This document shows, one piece after another, positions 30,153 to 40,063 of a DNA stretch of 61,384 nt. This stretch comes from Clostridia bacterium. Lineage in GTDB: Bacteria > Bacillota > Clostridia > UMGS1883 > UMGS1540. The stretch covers positions 1 to 61,384 of the forward strand of contig JAZOQG010000011.1 of NCBI GenBank assembly GCA_045656005.1. The letters run 5' to 3'. The notes under the pieces are model-generated. The model made no database searches. It had not been told where the DNA came from and saw only the letters and a program-made list of their open reading frames with translations. The position numbers and the translations under genes were made by a program. The number at the start of each line of letters is the position of its first letter. Within the stretch, counting starts at the first letter, position 1.

Positions 30153-30794
30153 ATGACAACTTTAATAATTGTAAGACATGGTCAGAGCATGGCAAATTTG
30201 GAGGATTTGTTTGCGGGACATACCGATACGCCCCTTTCACCGCTTGGTGAAAAGCAGGCAGGGATGACGGCAGAATATATCCTTAAAAACTATAAAATTG
30301 ATAAAATATATGCGAGTGATTTAAAAAGAGCGTACTCTACTGCAAAACCTGTGGCAGACGCACTCAGACTTCCTGTTACTGAAATGCCTGATTTAAGAGA
30401 AATAAACGGTGGTCTTTGGGAAAAAGTCCCTTTCAAAAGCCTTGCAGAGGAGTATCCCGCAGAGTATAAAATATGGTGTGATGATATAGGAAATTCAGTA
30501 TGTCCCGAGGGTGAATCTGTAAAAGAAGTCAAGGAGAGAGTTAGACGTGCGGCAGAAAAAATAGTTTCTGAAAATGATGGGAAAACGGTTCTCATTGCTA
30601 CTCACGCAACAGTTGTAAAGATATTTCAGTTAATAGCACATGATGTTCCTCTTTCGCACCTTCACAGTATCCCCTGGGTTTCAAATGCATCTGTAACAGA
30701 GATAGAATATAAAGATGGAAAATATAAAATTATAAAAGAAGGTTATCATGAGCATCTTTCTGGATTTACAAGTAAACTGCCCGATGAAATTTAA
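30153..30794 (+). CDS. Histidine phosphatase (phosphoglycerate mutase) family protein
   Basis: IVRHGQS, SDLKRA, LREINGG, GES, ATHA. Confidence 0.9.
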   Translation: MTTLIIVRHGQSMANLEDLFAGHTDTPLSPLGEKQAGMTAEYILKNYKIDKIYASDLKRAYSTAKPVADALRLPVTEMPDLREINGGLWEKVPFKSLAEEYPAEYKIWCDDIGNSVCPEGESVKEVKERVRRAAEKIVSENDGKTVLIATHATVVKIFQLIAHDVPLSHLHSIPWVSNASVTEIEYKDGKYKIIKEGYHEHLSGFTSKLPDEI

Positions 30795-30860
30795 AATGTT
30801 GACTCGGAAAAATTATTGTGGTATACTTTATATAATGTACTGATTTTGGAGGTTTACAAA

Positions 30861-32264
30861 ATGAAAAAATTTATGGACAAAGATTTCATGCTTCATAATA
30901 AAACTGCAAAAAAACTTTATCACGATTTTGCAGCAAAAATGCCTATTATTGATTATCACTGCCACTTAAGTCCAAAAGAAATCTGTGAGGACAGAAGGTT
31001 TGAAAGCATAACAGAAATTATGCTTGGCGGTGACCATTATAAATGGAGAGCAATGCGTTCAAACGGCTTCGATGAAAGCTTTATGACAGGGGATAAGAGT
31101 GATTTTGAAAAGTTTGAAGCTTTTGCAAAAACGCTTAAATATGCAATAGGAAATCCTCTTTATCATTGGACACACCTTGAACTTCAGCGATTTTTCGGAA
31201 TTTATGATATTTTAAATGAGAAAAACGCAAAAATGATTTATGATAAAGCAAACGAGATGATTCGTGGCGAAGGCTTTTCTGCAAGAGCACTTATAGAAAA
31301 ATCAAATGTAGAGGTTATCTGCACAACTGATGACCCTGCCGATGACTTGCAGTACCACATTAAAATCAGAGAAGAAGGAAAGATGAAAACAAAAGTTTTC
31401 CCGACATTCCGTCCGGATAAAATAGTTGAAATAGGTATTGAAACTTTTATTCCTTACATAAAACTTCTTGAAGAAAAATTTGATGTAAAGATTTCATCCA
31501 TAAGCGATGTTATATCTCTTATGAAAGAAAGAATTGACTTTTTTGCATCAGTAGGCTGCCGACTTTCAGACCATGCATTAGGCGGAGTGCCTTATGCTGC
31601 ATGTGACGAAGATGAGGCTGACAAAATACTTAAAATGGCACTTGCAGGTGAAACACTTACAAACCTTGATATTGATAAATATAAAACATTTATGTATTCT
31701 TTCTTTGCGGCAGAGTATCATAAACGTGACTGGTGTATGCAGCTTCATATCGGTGCACTTCGTAATAATAACAGAAGAATGTATGAAAAACTCGGTCCCG
31801 ACACAGGCTTTGACTCAATAAATGACCTCTCTATTGCAGAGCCTTTGGCGGCACTTTTAAATTCATTTAACGTAAATGATAAACTTCCTAAAACTATTCT
31901 TTATACATTAAATCCCAAGGATAATTATGTTCTCGGAACAATGCTCGGTAACTTCCAGGGAACAGAGGCGCCTTCGAAAATTCAGTTCGGTTCAGGCTGG
32001 TGGTTTAATGACCAGAGAGACGGCATGGTAGAGCAGATGAAATCTCTCGCAAATCTCGGTCTTTTGGGTAGATTTGTGGGAATGCTTACAGACTCACGTA
32101 GCTTTATGTCCTACCCAAGACATGAATATTTCAGAAGGATTATGTGTAACCTTTTGGGTACTTGGGTTGAAAACGGCGAATATCCTGCCGATATGGATGC
32201 CCTTCGTGATATAGTTGAAGGAATTTCCTATAAGAACGCAAAGAATTATTTTAAATTTCAATAG
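30861..32264 (+). CDS. uxaC: Glucuronate isomerase
   Basis: PIIDYHCHL, GDHYKWRAMR, CTTDDP, GWWFNDQ, MLTDSRSFMSYPRHEYFRR. Confidence 0.96.
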   Translation: MKKFMDKDFMLHNKTAKKLYHDFAAKMPIIDYHCHLSPKEICEDRRFESITEIMLGGDHYKWRAMRSNGFDESFMTGDKSDFEKFEAFAKTLKYAIGNPLYHWTHLELQRFFGIYDILNEKNAKMIYDKANEMIRGEGFSARALIEKSNVEVICTTDDPADDLQYHIKIREEGKMKTKVFPTFRPDKIVEIGIETFIPYIKLLEEKFDVKISSISDVISLMKERIDFFASVGCRLSDHALGGVPYAACDEDEADKILKMALAGETLTNLDIDKYKTFMYSFFAAEYHKRDWCMQLHIGALRNNNRRMYEKLGPDTGFDSINDLSIAEPLAALLNSFNVNDKLPKTILYTLNPKDNYVLGTMLGNFQGTEAPSKIQFGSGWWFNDQRDGMVEQMKSLANLGLLGRFVGMLTDSRSFMSYPRHEYFRRIMCNLLGTWVENGEYPADMDALRDIVEGISYKNAKNYFKFQ

Positions 32265-32268
32265 TATA

Positions 32269-32292
32269 AAAAAGCCTCGCATGAGGCTTTTT
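32269..32292. terminator. Bidirectional terminator
   Basis: AAAAAGCCTC-gcat-GAGGCTTTTT. Confidence 0.75.
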
Positions 32293-33124
32293 ACATGTTT
32301 GCTTTTTTTCTAAATTGTACAGGAGTAAGTAAAAACTTCTCTTTAAACTTTCTGTAAAACCAGCTTAAATTCTGAAAACCACATTCATAGCATATATCAA
32401 TTACAGAAAGATTAGTGTTAAGCAGGAGGTTTGCACTATAATTTAAGCGCTTAGCCGTCATAAATTCTGAAACAGTAAGTCCAAAATATTTTTTAAAGCT
32501 GCGGGAAATATGCTCGCGGCTTTTTTTTGTAAGATGTGACATGTCACTTAAAGTCATATTTATATTTTCGCTTTTTTGAAGAAGTTGGGTAAGATGCGAA
32601 AGCCAGAGTGGAATTTGAGACTCTTCTCTGTGCACGTCACCTTCTATAAAAAACGCTAAAATTTCCGATAGGATAAATTTCATTTTAACCGTCATAATCT
32701 TTTTATCATCAATACTTACCGTGTTAAGCTCGTTAAGCTTTGACATTATTTTTGAAAAATCATCCTCGGACAAAACAACTGCGGGAGGCATACTGCGGTT
32801 TAAAATATCTCTTGCCGCATCGCCTATAAAATCCAATAGGAGATGCATGGTTTCCTTTGTAAATGTCAGATTTGCAAAGGAAAATTCACCTTCTTTTATA
32901 TATGTATGCTCATCCCCTGGGCGTATCAACTGCAGACTGTGCTTCGGGAGCATTTGACGTTTCCCGTTTATCACATGCAAAACATTTCCGCTTATTGTGA
33001 GAAAAAACTCGTAATAGTTGTGATAATGCAGTTCAAAATTTTCGCTAGTACTGAAATTCAGTCGCATAGTATAGCCAACATCAGAATTTACATATGTTTT
33101 ACTGTCGTAAAGCTTTGCTTTCAT
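32291..33124 (-). CDS. AraC family transcriptional regulator
   Basis: N-terminal cupin (LHYHNYYE); C-terminal HISRSFKKYFG...CYECGFQNLSWFYRKFK. Confidence 0.92.
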   Translation of the reverse strand: MKAKLYDSKTYVNSDVGYTMRLNFSTSENFELHYHNYYEFFLTISGNVLHVINGKRQMLPKHSLQLIRPGDEHTYIKEGEFSFANLTFTKETMHLLLDFIGDAARDILNRSMPPAVVLSEDDFSKIMSKLNELNTVSIDDKKIMTVKMKFILSEILAFFIEGDVHREESQIPLWLSHLTQLLQKSENINMTLSDMSHLTKKSREHISRSFKKYFGLTVSEFMTAKRLNYSANLLLNTNLSVIDICYECGFQNLSWFYRKFKEKFLLTPVQFRKKANM

Positions 33125-33216
33125 AAAATCACCAATATCAATATAGTATAATAATTTTATCACTTCAAAGGAAGAAAGTCAATCACTTTAAATGATATTA
33201 TTAAAATATAAATTAA

Positions 33217-33780
<564 letters not shown>

Positions 33781-33794
33781 GGAAGGATTAAGTT

Positions 33795-34733
33795 ATGAAA
33801 AAGTTTGATGTAGTGGCGCTTGGCGAAATTTTGATTGATATGACTTTTGCAGGAAAAAGCAAAAGCGGACAAACTTTGTTTGAACAAAATCCGGGCGGTG
33901 CTCCTGCAAATGTTTTGTCGGCTGTAAAAAGACTTGGCGGAGAGGTGGCTTTTATAGGCAAAGTGGGAGATGATATGCACGGCAGATTTCTCCTTGAAAC
34001 TTTGAAAAAAGAGAATATTTGCACTGATGGCGTAATAGTGGATAACAGCGTTTTCACAACCCTTGCATTTGTAAATATAGATGAAAAAGGCGACCGTAGT
34101 TTTTCCTTTGCGAGAAAACCCGGTGCTGATACATGTCTATCATTTGATGAAGTTAAAAAAGAGCTTATAGAAAACACAAAGATATTTCATGTAGGCTCTC
34201 TTTCCCTTACGGATGAACCCGTAAAAAGTGCAACACTTAAGGCACTTGACATGGCAAAAAGCCTTGGGAAAATTATTTCTTATGATCCTAACTGGAGAGC
34301 ACCTCTCTGGAAGAGTGAGGAAGAGGGCAAAAAAGAAATGCGTATGGTTATCCCTTATGTTGATATAATAAAGATTTCAGATGAAGAAACCAAACTTTTA
34401 ACGGACTTTGAAAGTCCTCAGGACGCATCTGCCGCTCTTATTAAGCAAGGCATCAAAACTGTAATTGTTACAATGGGTGAAAAGGGCGCTCTTGTGAGAA
34501 CTAAAGAAGGTTTTATAACATGCAGTGCACAAAACGTAAAGGCAGTAGATACAACAGGTGCAGGTGATGCATTTATGGGCTCGTTTTTGTGGAATGTGGC
34601 AAAGTGCGGCAAAAGTGAAATTTCGCTTTTGCAAGCGAAAGAATTTGCCACTTTTTCAAATAAAGTTGCCGCATGGTGTGTAGGAAGACGCGGGGCAATA
34701 AATGCCATGCCGCATTTATACGAAATAGAGTAA
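33795..34733 (+). CDS. PfkB family carbohydrate kinase (fructokinase-like)
   Basis: GGAPANV, GKVGDD, YDPNWR, DTTGAGDAF. Confidence 0.9.
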   Translation: MKKFDVVALGEILIDMTFAGKSKSGQTLFEQNPGGAPANVLSAVKRLGGEVAFIGKVGDDMHGRFLLETLKKENICTDGVIVDNSVFTTLAFVNIDEKGDRSFSFARKPGADTCLSFDEVKKELIENTKIFHVGSLSLTDEPVKSATLKALDMAKSLGKIISYDPNWRAPLWKSEEEGKKEMRMVIPYVDIIKISDEETKLLTDFESPQDASAALIKQGIKTVIVTMGEKGALVRTKEGFITCSAQNVKAVDTTGAGDAFMGSFLWNVAKCGKSEISLLQAKEFATFSNKVAAWCVGRRGAINAMPHLYEIE

Positions 34734-34802
34734 ATCTTGGTTGACACTTTTGTAAATTAGTGGTAAAATAGTTTTCATGAAAACTAGAAAGGAAAGAAAA
34801 AC

Positions 34803-35432
34803 ATGAAAACAATACTATTTCAGGGTGACTCTATAACAGATGCAGGCAGACCAAGAGAACATGATGATTCTGCAGGCTATGGTTATGCTACAATGGTTAT
34901 GGGTGAACTGGGTGCAGAGTTTCCCGGAGAATATAAAATTTATAACAGAGGTGTCAGTGGCAACAGAGTTGTTGACCTTTATGCAAGAATAAAGAGAGAT
35001 ATCATCAATTTAAAACCTGATGTTATGAGTATTTTAATAGGTGTTAATGACGTTTGGCACGAGTTTGGTTTTGGTGGCGGAAATGGTGTTGACGCAGAAA
35101 AATATATTAAAATTTATTCAATGCTTATTGAAGAAGTAAAAGAGGCTTTGCCTGATATAAAGATAATGATTTTAGAGCCTTTTACACTTCCAGGAACAGG
35201 CAACGCGGAATACTACGAAGATTTTCGCATGGAAGTTGAAAAAAGAGCAGAAAAGGCAAAGGCAGTTGCAGAGAAATTCTCACTTCCCTTTGTTGAGCTT
35301 CAAAAATATTTTGATGAAGTGGCAAAAAATGCTCCTGCCGATATGTGGCTTCATGACGGAGTTCACCCGACAGCCGCAGGTCATGGAATAATAAAAAGAG
35401 AATGGATGAAGTGCTTTTCGGGCATAAAATAA
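34803..35432 (+). CDS. SGNH/GDSL hydrolase (probable carbohydrate acetylesterase)
   Basis: FQGDSITD, RGVSG, GVND, DGVHP. Confidence 0.9.
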   Translation: MKTILFQGDSITDAGRPREHDDSAGYGYATMVMGELGAEFPGEYKIYNRGVSGNRVVDLYARIKRDIINLKPDVMSILIGVNDVWHEFGFGGGNGVDAEKYIKIYSMLIEEVKEALPDIKIMILEPFTLPGTGNAEYYEDFRMEVEKRAEKAKAVAEKFSLPFVELQKYFDEVAKNAPADMWLHDGVHPTAAGHGIIKREWMKCFSGIK

Positions 35433-35447
35433 TTAAAGGTGAATAAT

Positions 35448-36365
35448 ATGCTTGGAAACATTTTGACTGTTGGAAATTACGTTTTAATTTTATTTATTCT
35501 TATAGGTGTCGGTTTTGTGTCGGCAAAAACAAGGCTGCTTACAAATAAATCAGTGAAAGAGATAACTGATTTTGTTTTGTATATCGTAACGCCATGCGTT
35601 ATTATTAATTCTTATTGCAGAGAATTTGACAGAGCAATGCTTTCAGGGTTTATAATAACAATGATTGCGGCAGTAATTTCTTTTGCGATAAACATATTGC
35701 TCTCTCACCTTCTTATAAGAGATAAAGATACTGCAAGAGAAAAAACATTGCGCTTTGGGTCAGTTTTTTCAAACTGCGGATACATGTCTTTGCCGCTTCA
35801 AAGTGCACTGCTCGGTGAAGAAGGTGTGTTTTACGGAGCCACCTATATTGCGGTTTTTCAGGTTGTATTGTGGACATATGGGGTAATACTTATGAGCGGA
35901 AGTATAAAAAATGTTTCCCTCAAAAAAATTTTTGTAAATCCGGGTGTAATAGGAACTGCAATAGGGCTTATAGTATTTATTTTCTCTGTTCCGATTCCGT
36001 TTACGGTTTTGGAGCCTATAAAATACCTTGCGGCACTAAATACCCCTATCCCAATGGTTATTGTAGGGTTTCACCTTGCAAATGCATCTCTTAAGGTAAC
36101 AGGGTTTTCCGCATGGAGTGCAATTGTCTTCAGACTTATTGTGTCCCCTCTTTTAATGCTTTTTGGGCTTTACGCATTTGGAATAACCGGAGTAGTGCTT
36201 ACCGCCTGCACAATTGCTGCAGCGGCACCGTTTGCGGCGGCAACCACAATGTTTTCCGAAAAATTTGGTGCCGATACCGCACTTTCTGCAACCGGTGTTT
36301 CTCTTACAACATTGCTTTCTATAATTACAATGCCAATAATAGTAGGCATAGCAAGTATTCTATAA
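35448..36365 (+). CDS. AEC (auxin efflux carrier) family transporter
   Basis: Multi-TM; FSNCGYMSLPL, TTLLSIITMP; start could alternatively be GTG 35439. Confidence 0.85.
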   Translation: MLGNILTVGNYVLILFILIGVGFVSAKTRLLTNKSVKEITDFVLYIVTPCVIINSYCREFDRAMLSGFIITMIAAVISFAINILLSHLLIRDKDTAREKTLRFGSVFSNCGYMSLPLQSALLGEEGVFYGATYIAVFQVVLWTYGVILMSGSIKNVSLKKIFVNPGVIGTAIGLIVFIFSVPIPFTVLEPIKYLAALNTPIPMVIVGFHLANASLKVTGFSAWSAIVFRLIVSPLLMLFGLYAFGITGVVLTACTIAAAAPFAAATTMFSEKFGADTALSATGVSLTTLLSIITMPIIVGIASIL

Positions 36366-36369
36366 TATA

Positions 36370-36406
36370 AAAAATCCATTTGCATCTATCGTGCAAATGG
36401 ATTTTT
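36370..36406. terminator. Bidirectional terminator
   Basis: AAAAATCCATTTGCA / TGCAAATGGATTTTT. Confidence 0.8.
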
Positions 36407-36414
36407 GTATTATC

Positions 36415-37671
36415 TTACGATATTTTTAAAATGTTGTCACATGCCTTCATAACAGCCATTTTTCCGCTTTCATAAGTTAAACCGCCCTGCATATAAACTG
36501 CATACGGAGGTCTTATGGGTGCATCAGCACTTATTTCTATTGAAGAGCCCTGATTAAATGCACCCGCCGCCATTATAACCTCGTCACTATAACCGGGCAT
36601 TGCCCACGGAACAGGGGTTACGAAAGAGTCTACCGGTGAACAGGACTGAATTCCTTCGCAAAAGGCAATAACCTTTTTAGAGTCACCAAGTAAAACTGCC
36701 TCTATAATGTCGGAACGCTCCTCGTCTTTTAAAGGGGAAACCTCATAACCTAAAAGTGAGAAAAGTGCACCGCAAAATGCGGCTGTTTTAATGCTCTGGG
36801 AAACTGTGTGCGGAGCGAGATAAAATCCTTGGAAAAGGCTTTTTATCATTCCGAAATTGCATCCGCATTCCATTCCAATGCCGGGAGCAGTCAAAGCATC
36901 GGCAGCCAGTGCGACATATTCTTCTTTTCCTGCAATATATCCTCCAGTTGGAGCAAGTCCCCCTCCTGGATTTTTTATAAGTGAGCCTGCCATAATGTCA
37001 GCACCAACGCCCACAGGCTCTTCTTTTTCAACAAATTCACCGTAGCAGTTGTCAACTGCAATAATTACGTCATCCCTCTCTGCCTTTATAAAAGAGCAGA
37101 GCTTTCCGATTTCGGAAACAGTAAGTGATGGTCTTATTGAATATCCCTTTGAACGCTGAAGCATAACTACTTTAATGGCTTTGTCAGAAAGCACCGCTTT
37201 TATGCCATCATAATCAGGTGTACCATTTTCTTTAAGAGAAACTTCACCGTAGGAAATGCCAAAACTTTCAAGTGAGCTTTTTCCGCCTTTTATAACACCT
37301 TCCAAAGTGTCATAAGGCTTGCCCGTTGCCGCCAGGAGTTTGTCGCCAGGGCGAAGAAGAGCAAAAAGCATGGTGGAAAGAGCATGAGTGCCCGATATAA
37401 TGTTTGCACGGACTAATGCCGCCTCACATCCGAAAACCTCTGCATAAACTTTGTCGAGCGCCTCTCTCCCTTCATCATCATAACCGTAGCCCGAAGTGGG
37501 TGTAAAGTGAGAGGTGCTTATTCTGGCGTTTTGGAAAGCCTTTTGTACTTTAAGCTGGTTGTAAAATGCAATTTCCTCAATTTTTTCAAATTCTTTTTTC
37601 GATATTTCCTCCGCTTTCTTTGAAAGCTCATATGTTTTTTTGGAAATATCAAGTATTTTACAAATATCCAT
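36415..37671 (-). CDS. YnbB-like PLP enzyme (methionine gamma-lyase family)
   Basis: GYGYDDEGR, SGTHA, DNCYGEF, GSLIKNPGGG, QGGLT; start at 37671 by SD. Confidence 0.88.
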   Translation of the reverse strand: MDICKILDISKKTYELSKKAEEISKKEFEKIEEIAFYNQLKVQKAFQNARISTSHFTPTSGYGYDDEGREALDKVYAEVFGCEAALVRANIISGTHALSTMLFALLRPGDKLLAATGKPYDTLEGVIKGGKSSLESFGISYGEVSLKENGTPDYDGIKAVLSDKAIKVVMLQRSKGYSIRPSLTVSEIGKLCSFIKAERDDVIIAVDNCYGEFVEKEEPVGVGADIMAGSLIKNPGGGLAPTGGYIAGKEEYVALAADALTAPGIGMECGCNFGMIKSLFQGFYLAPHTVSQSIKTAAFCGALFSLLGYEVSPLKDEERSDIIEAVLLGDSKKVIAFCEGIQSCSPVDSFVTPVPWAMPGYSDEVIMAAGAFNQGSSIEISADAPIRPPYAVYMQGGLTYESGKMAVMKACDNILKIS

Positions 37672-37691
37672 TTTTATCCTCGCATAAATAT

Positions 37692-37717
37692 AGGGGTCGA
37701 TGTGGTCATCGACCCCT
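37692..37717 (-). terminator. Hairpin/terminator after the ACT gene
   Basis: AGGGGTCGATG-tggt-CATCGACCCCT. Confidence 0.55.
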
Positions 37718-37726
37718 TTAAATTTT

Positions 37727-38158
37727 TTATAAGCTATATAGTTTTTCTGCGTCAACAACACCTATTCCGTTTTGGGAAAGTATTTTTTCTGCCGCACTGT
37801 TATCCTCAACACGTAAAATAACAAGTGCGTGGTCAAGAGTTTTTTCAGTAAATGCGTACATATATTCTATTGCAACATTTTCTTTTTCCAAAACAGATAA
37901 AACCTTGTGAAGTCCGCCGGGGGTATCGTCTATAGCAACTGCTAAAACCTCTGTTTCCTTAATTGTAAAGTGGTTTTCCGAGAGCACAAGTTTTGCTTTT
38001 GCGGGGTCATTTACAATAAGCCTTAAAATGCCGAAATCAGTTGTGTCGGCAAGTGAAAGTGCCTGAAGGTCAATATTATTTTCAGAAAGAACTTTTGTAA
38101 TTTTTGCAAGTGTTCCTGATTTGTTTTCTACAAAAACCGAAATTTGTTTTACGCTCAT
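37727..38158 (-). CDS. Tandem ACT domain protein
   Basis: QISVFVENKSG...LADTTDFGILRLIV...DTPGGL...IEYMYAF. Confidence 0.88.
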   Translation of the reverse strand: MSVKQISVFVENKSGTLAKITKVLSENNIDLQALSLADTTDFGILRLIVNDPAKAKLVLSENHFTIKETEVLAVAIDDTPGGLHKVLSVLEKENVAIEYMYAFTEKTLDHALVILRVEDNSAAEKILSQNGIGVVDAEKLYSL

Positions 38159-38174
38159 AATGAAATCCTCCTAA

Positions 38175-39479
38175 TTAATCGTGAAGTTTTCTCTTGTCGA
38201 TAACTCTTACTGCCTTGCCTTCGCTTCGCTGGATGCTCTTTGCAGGAACAAGATGAACTTTGGGATTTATACCAAGCATTGTTTTAATTGCACCTGCCAG
38301 TTCTTTTTCTTTTTTCTCAAGCTCACGAACTGTGTCGGAAAGCTGCTCTGATGTAATTTCAACATTAATATCAAGAGTATCTGTGTTGTTAACACGGTCT
38401 ACTTCAATCTGATAATTTGGAGTATATCCCTGCTCCAGGAGAACGGTTTCAATCTGTGACGGGAATACGTTAACACCACGGATAATCATCATGTCATCAC
38501 TTCTTCCGAGAGGCTTTGTCATTTTAACTAAAGTTCTTCCGCATGAGCATTTTTCTCTTGATAAAATGCAGATATCTCTCGTTCTGTAACGAAGAAGAGG
38601 GAATGCTTCTTTTGTAATGCTTGTAAATACAAGCTCACCTTTTGAGCCTTCTGGCAACACTTCACCTGTTTCAGGGTCTATAATTTCAGCAATAAAGTGG
38701 TCTTCGTTTATGTGCATACCGCTTTGGTCTGAACATTCAAACGCAACACCCGGACCGCTTGTTTCAGTAAGCCCGTAAATATCATAGGCCTTTATGCCAA
38801 GTGATGCTTCGATGTCACGACGCATTGCCTCTGTCCAAGGCTCTGCTCCGAAAATACCAGCCTTAAGACTGATATCTTCTGGAGTAAGTCCCATTTCTTT
38901 TAAGGTTTCGCCTATGTAAGCCGCATAAGAGGGTGTGCAGCAAAGTATTGTGGAGCCTAAATCCTGCATAAACTGAATTTGACGCTCAGTGTTACCTGAG
39001 GACATTGGCAAGGTAAGGCAGCCTACCTTATGTGATCCGCCGTTAAGACCTGCACCGCCGGTAAAAAGACCAAAACCGTAAGCTACATGGCAAACATCGT
39101 CTTTTGTACCGCCTGCGGCAACAATAGCTCTTGCACAGCAATCGTCCCAAAGGTCAATATCGTGCTGAGTGTAAAATGCAACTACTCGCTTTCCTGTTGT
39201 ACCCGAAGTGGAGTGAATTCTCACACACTCGGAAAGAGGTTTCCCCAAAAGTCCGTAAGGATAAGCCTCTCGCAAATCCGCTTTTGTTAAAAACGGGAGC
39301 TTGTGAAGGTCGTCAACAGATTTTATGTCGTCAGGAGTAACACCTTTTTCGTCCATGAGATTTTTATAGTATGGTACATTTTCGTAAACATGCTTTACCT
39401 GTGCGATAAGTCTTTCACTTTGGAGTGTGCGCATTTCTTCCCTTGAGGCGCACTCCATTTTTTCGTTCCAATAATTCAT
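38175..39479 (-). CDS. paaK: Phenylacetate-CoA ligase family protein
   Basis: HSTSGTTG, YGLFTGG, GAEPW, YGLTE, RYRTRD, GRSDDM, GVNVFPSQIE. Confidence 0.92.
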   Translation of the reverse strand: MNYWNEKMECASREEMRTLQSERLIAQVKHVYENVPYYKNLMDEKGVTPDDIKSVDDLHKLPFLTKADLREAYPYGLLGKPLSECVRIHSTSGTTGKRVVAFYTQHDIDLWDDCCARAIVAAGGTKDDVCHVAYGFGLFTGGAGLNGGSHKVGCLTLPMSSGNTERQIQFMQDLGSTILCCTPSYAAYIGETLKEMGLTPEDISLKAGIFGAEPWTEAMRRDIEASLGIKAYDIYGLTETSGPGVAFECSDQSGMHINEDHFIAEIIDPETGEVLPEGSKGELVFTSITKEAFPLLRYRTRDICILSREKCSCGRTLVKMTKPLGRSDDMMIIRGVNVFPSQIETVLLEQGYTPNYQIEVDRVNNTDTLDINVEITSEQLSDTVRELEKKEKELAGAIKTMLGINPKVHLVPAKSIQRSEGKAVRVIDKRKLHD

Positions 39480-39496
39480 TTTAATACTTCCTTCCT

Positions 39497-40063
39497 TCAA
39501 CTTCTGTAACCAAGTTCAAATGCCTTAAGGTTTACCTCTAAAAATTTAGGGGGAACAGTTTTCTGAATAGCTTCAATAAATGCATCTTTTGGAATATCGC
39601 TGTTTGCAGCGAGTGCACCGATTAAAACAACGTTTACAGCCTTTTCGTTTCCTGCCTCTCTTGCAAGTGATAAAGCATCAATAGCATTAAGAGAAATTCC
39701 CATACCCTCGATTTTTTCCAGAATATTTTCAGGGTACTCCATAGCGCCTGTGATTACGGGCATGGGGTCGGTTTTTTGTGTGTTTACAAGGAGTTTTCCG
39801 CCTTTTTTAAGATATGAAAGTGAACGGTATGCTTCAAGCTGTTCAAAGGCGAGCAAAATATCAGCATCGCCTATGGAAACTATTGGAGAATTTACTTTTT
39901 CTCCGTACTTAACATATGTTACAACACTTCCGCCTCGCTGACTCATTCCGTGAACTTCTGAAACTTTAACATCAAAACCCTGTGCGGTTGCAACAGCACC
40001 GAGGATACGGCTGGCAAGCAAGGTACCCTGACCGCCAACACCAACAATAACTATATTACTCAT
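39497..40063 (-). CDS. iorB: Indolepyruvate:ferredoxin oxidoreductase beta subunit
   Basis: GVGGQG, SEVHGMSQRGGSV. Confidence 0.92.
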   Translation of the reverse strand: MSNIVIVGVGGQGTLLASRILGAVATAQGFDVKVSEVHGMSQRGGSVVTYVKYGEKVNSPIVSIGDADILLAFEQLEAYRSLSYLKKGGKLLVNTQKTDPMPVITGAMEYPENILEKIEGMGISLNAIDALSLAREAGNEKAVNVVLIGALAANSDIPKDAFIEAIQKTVPPKFLEVNLKAFELGYRS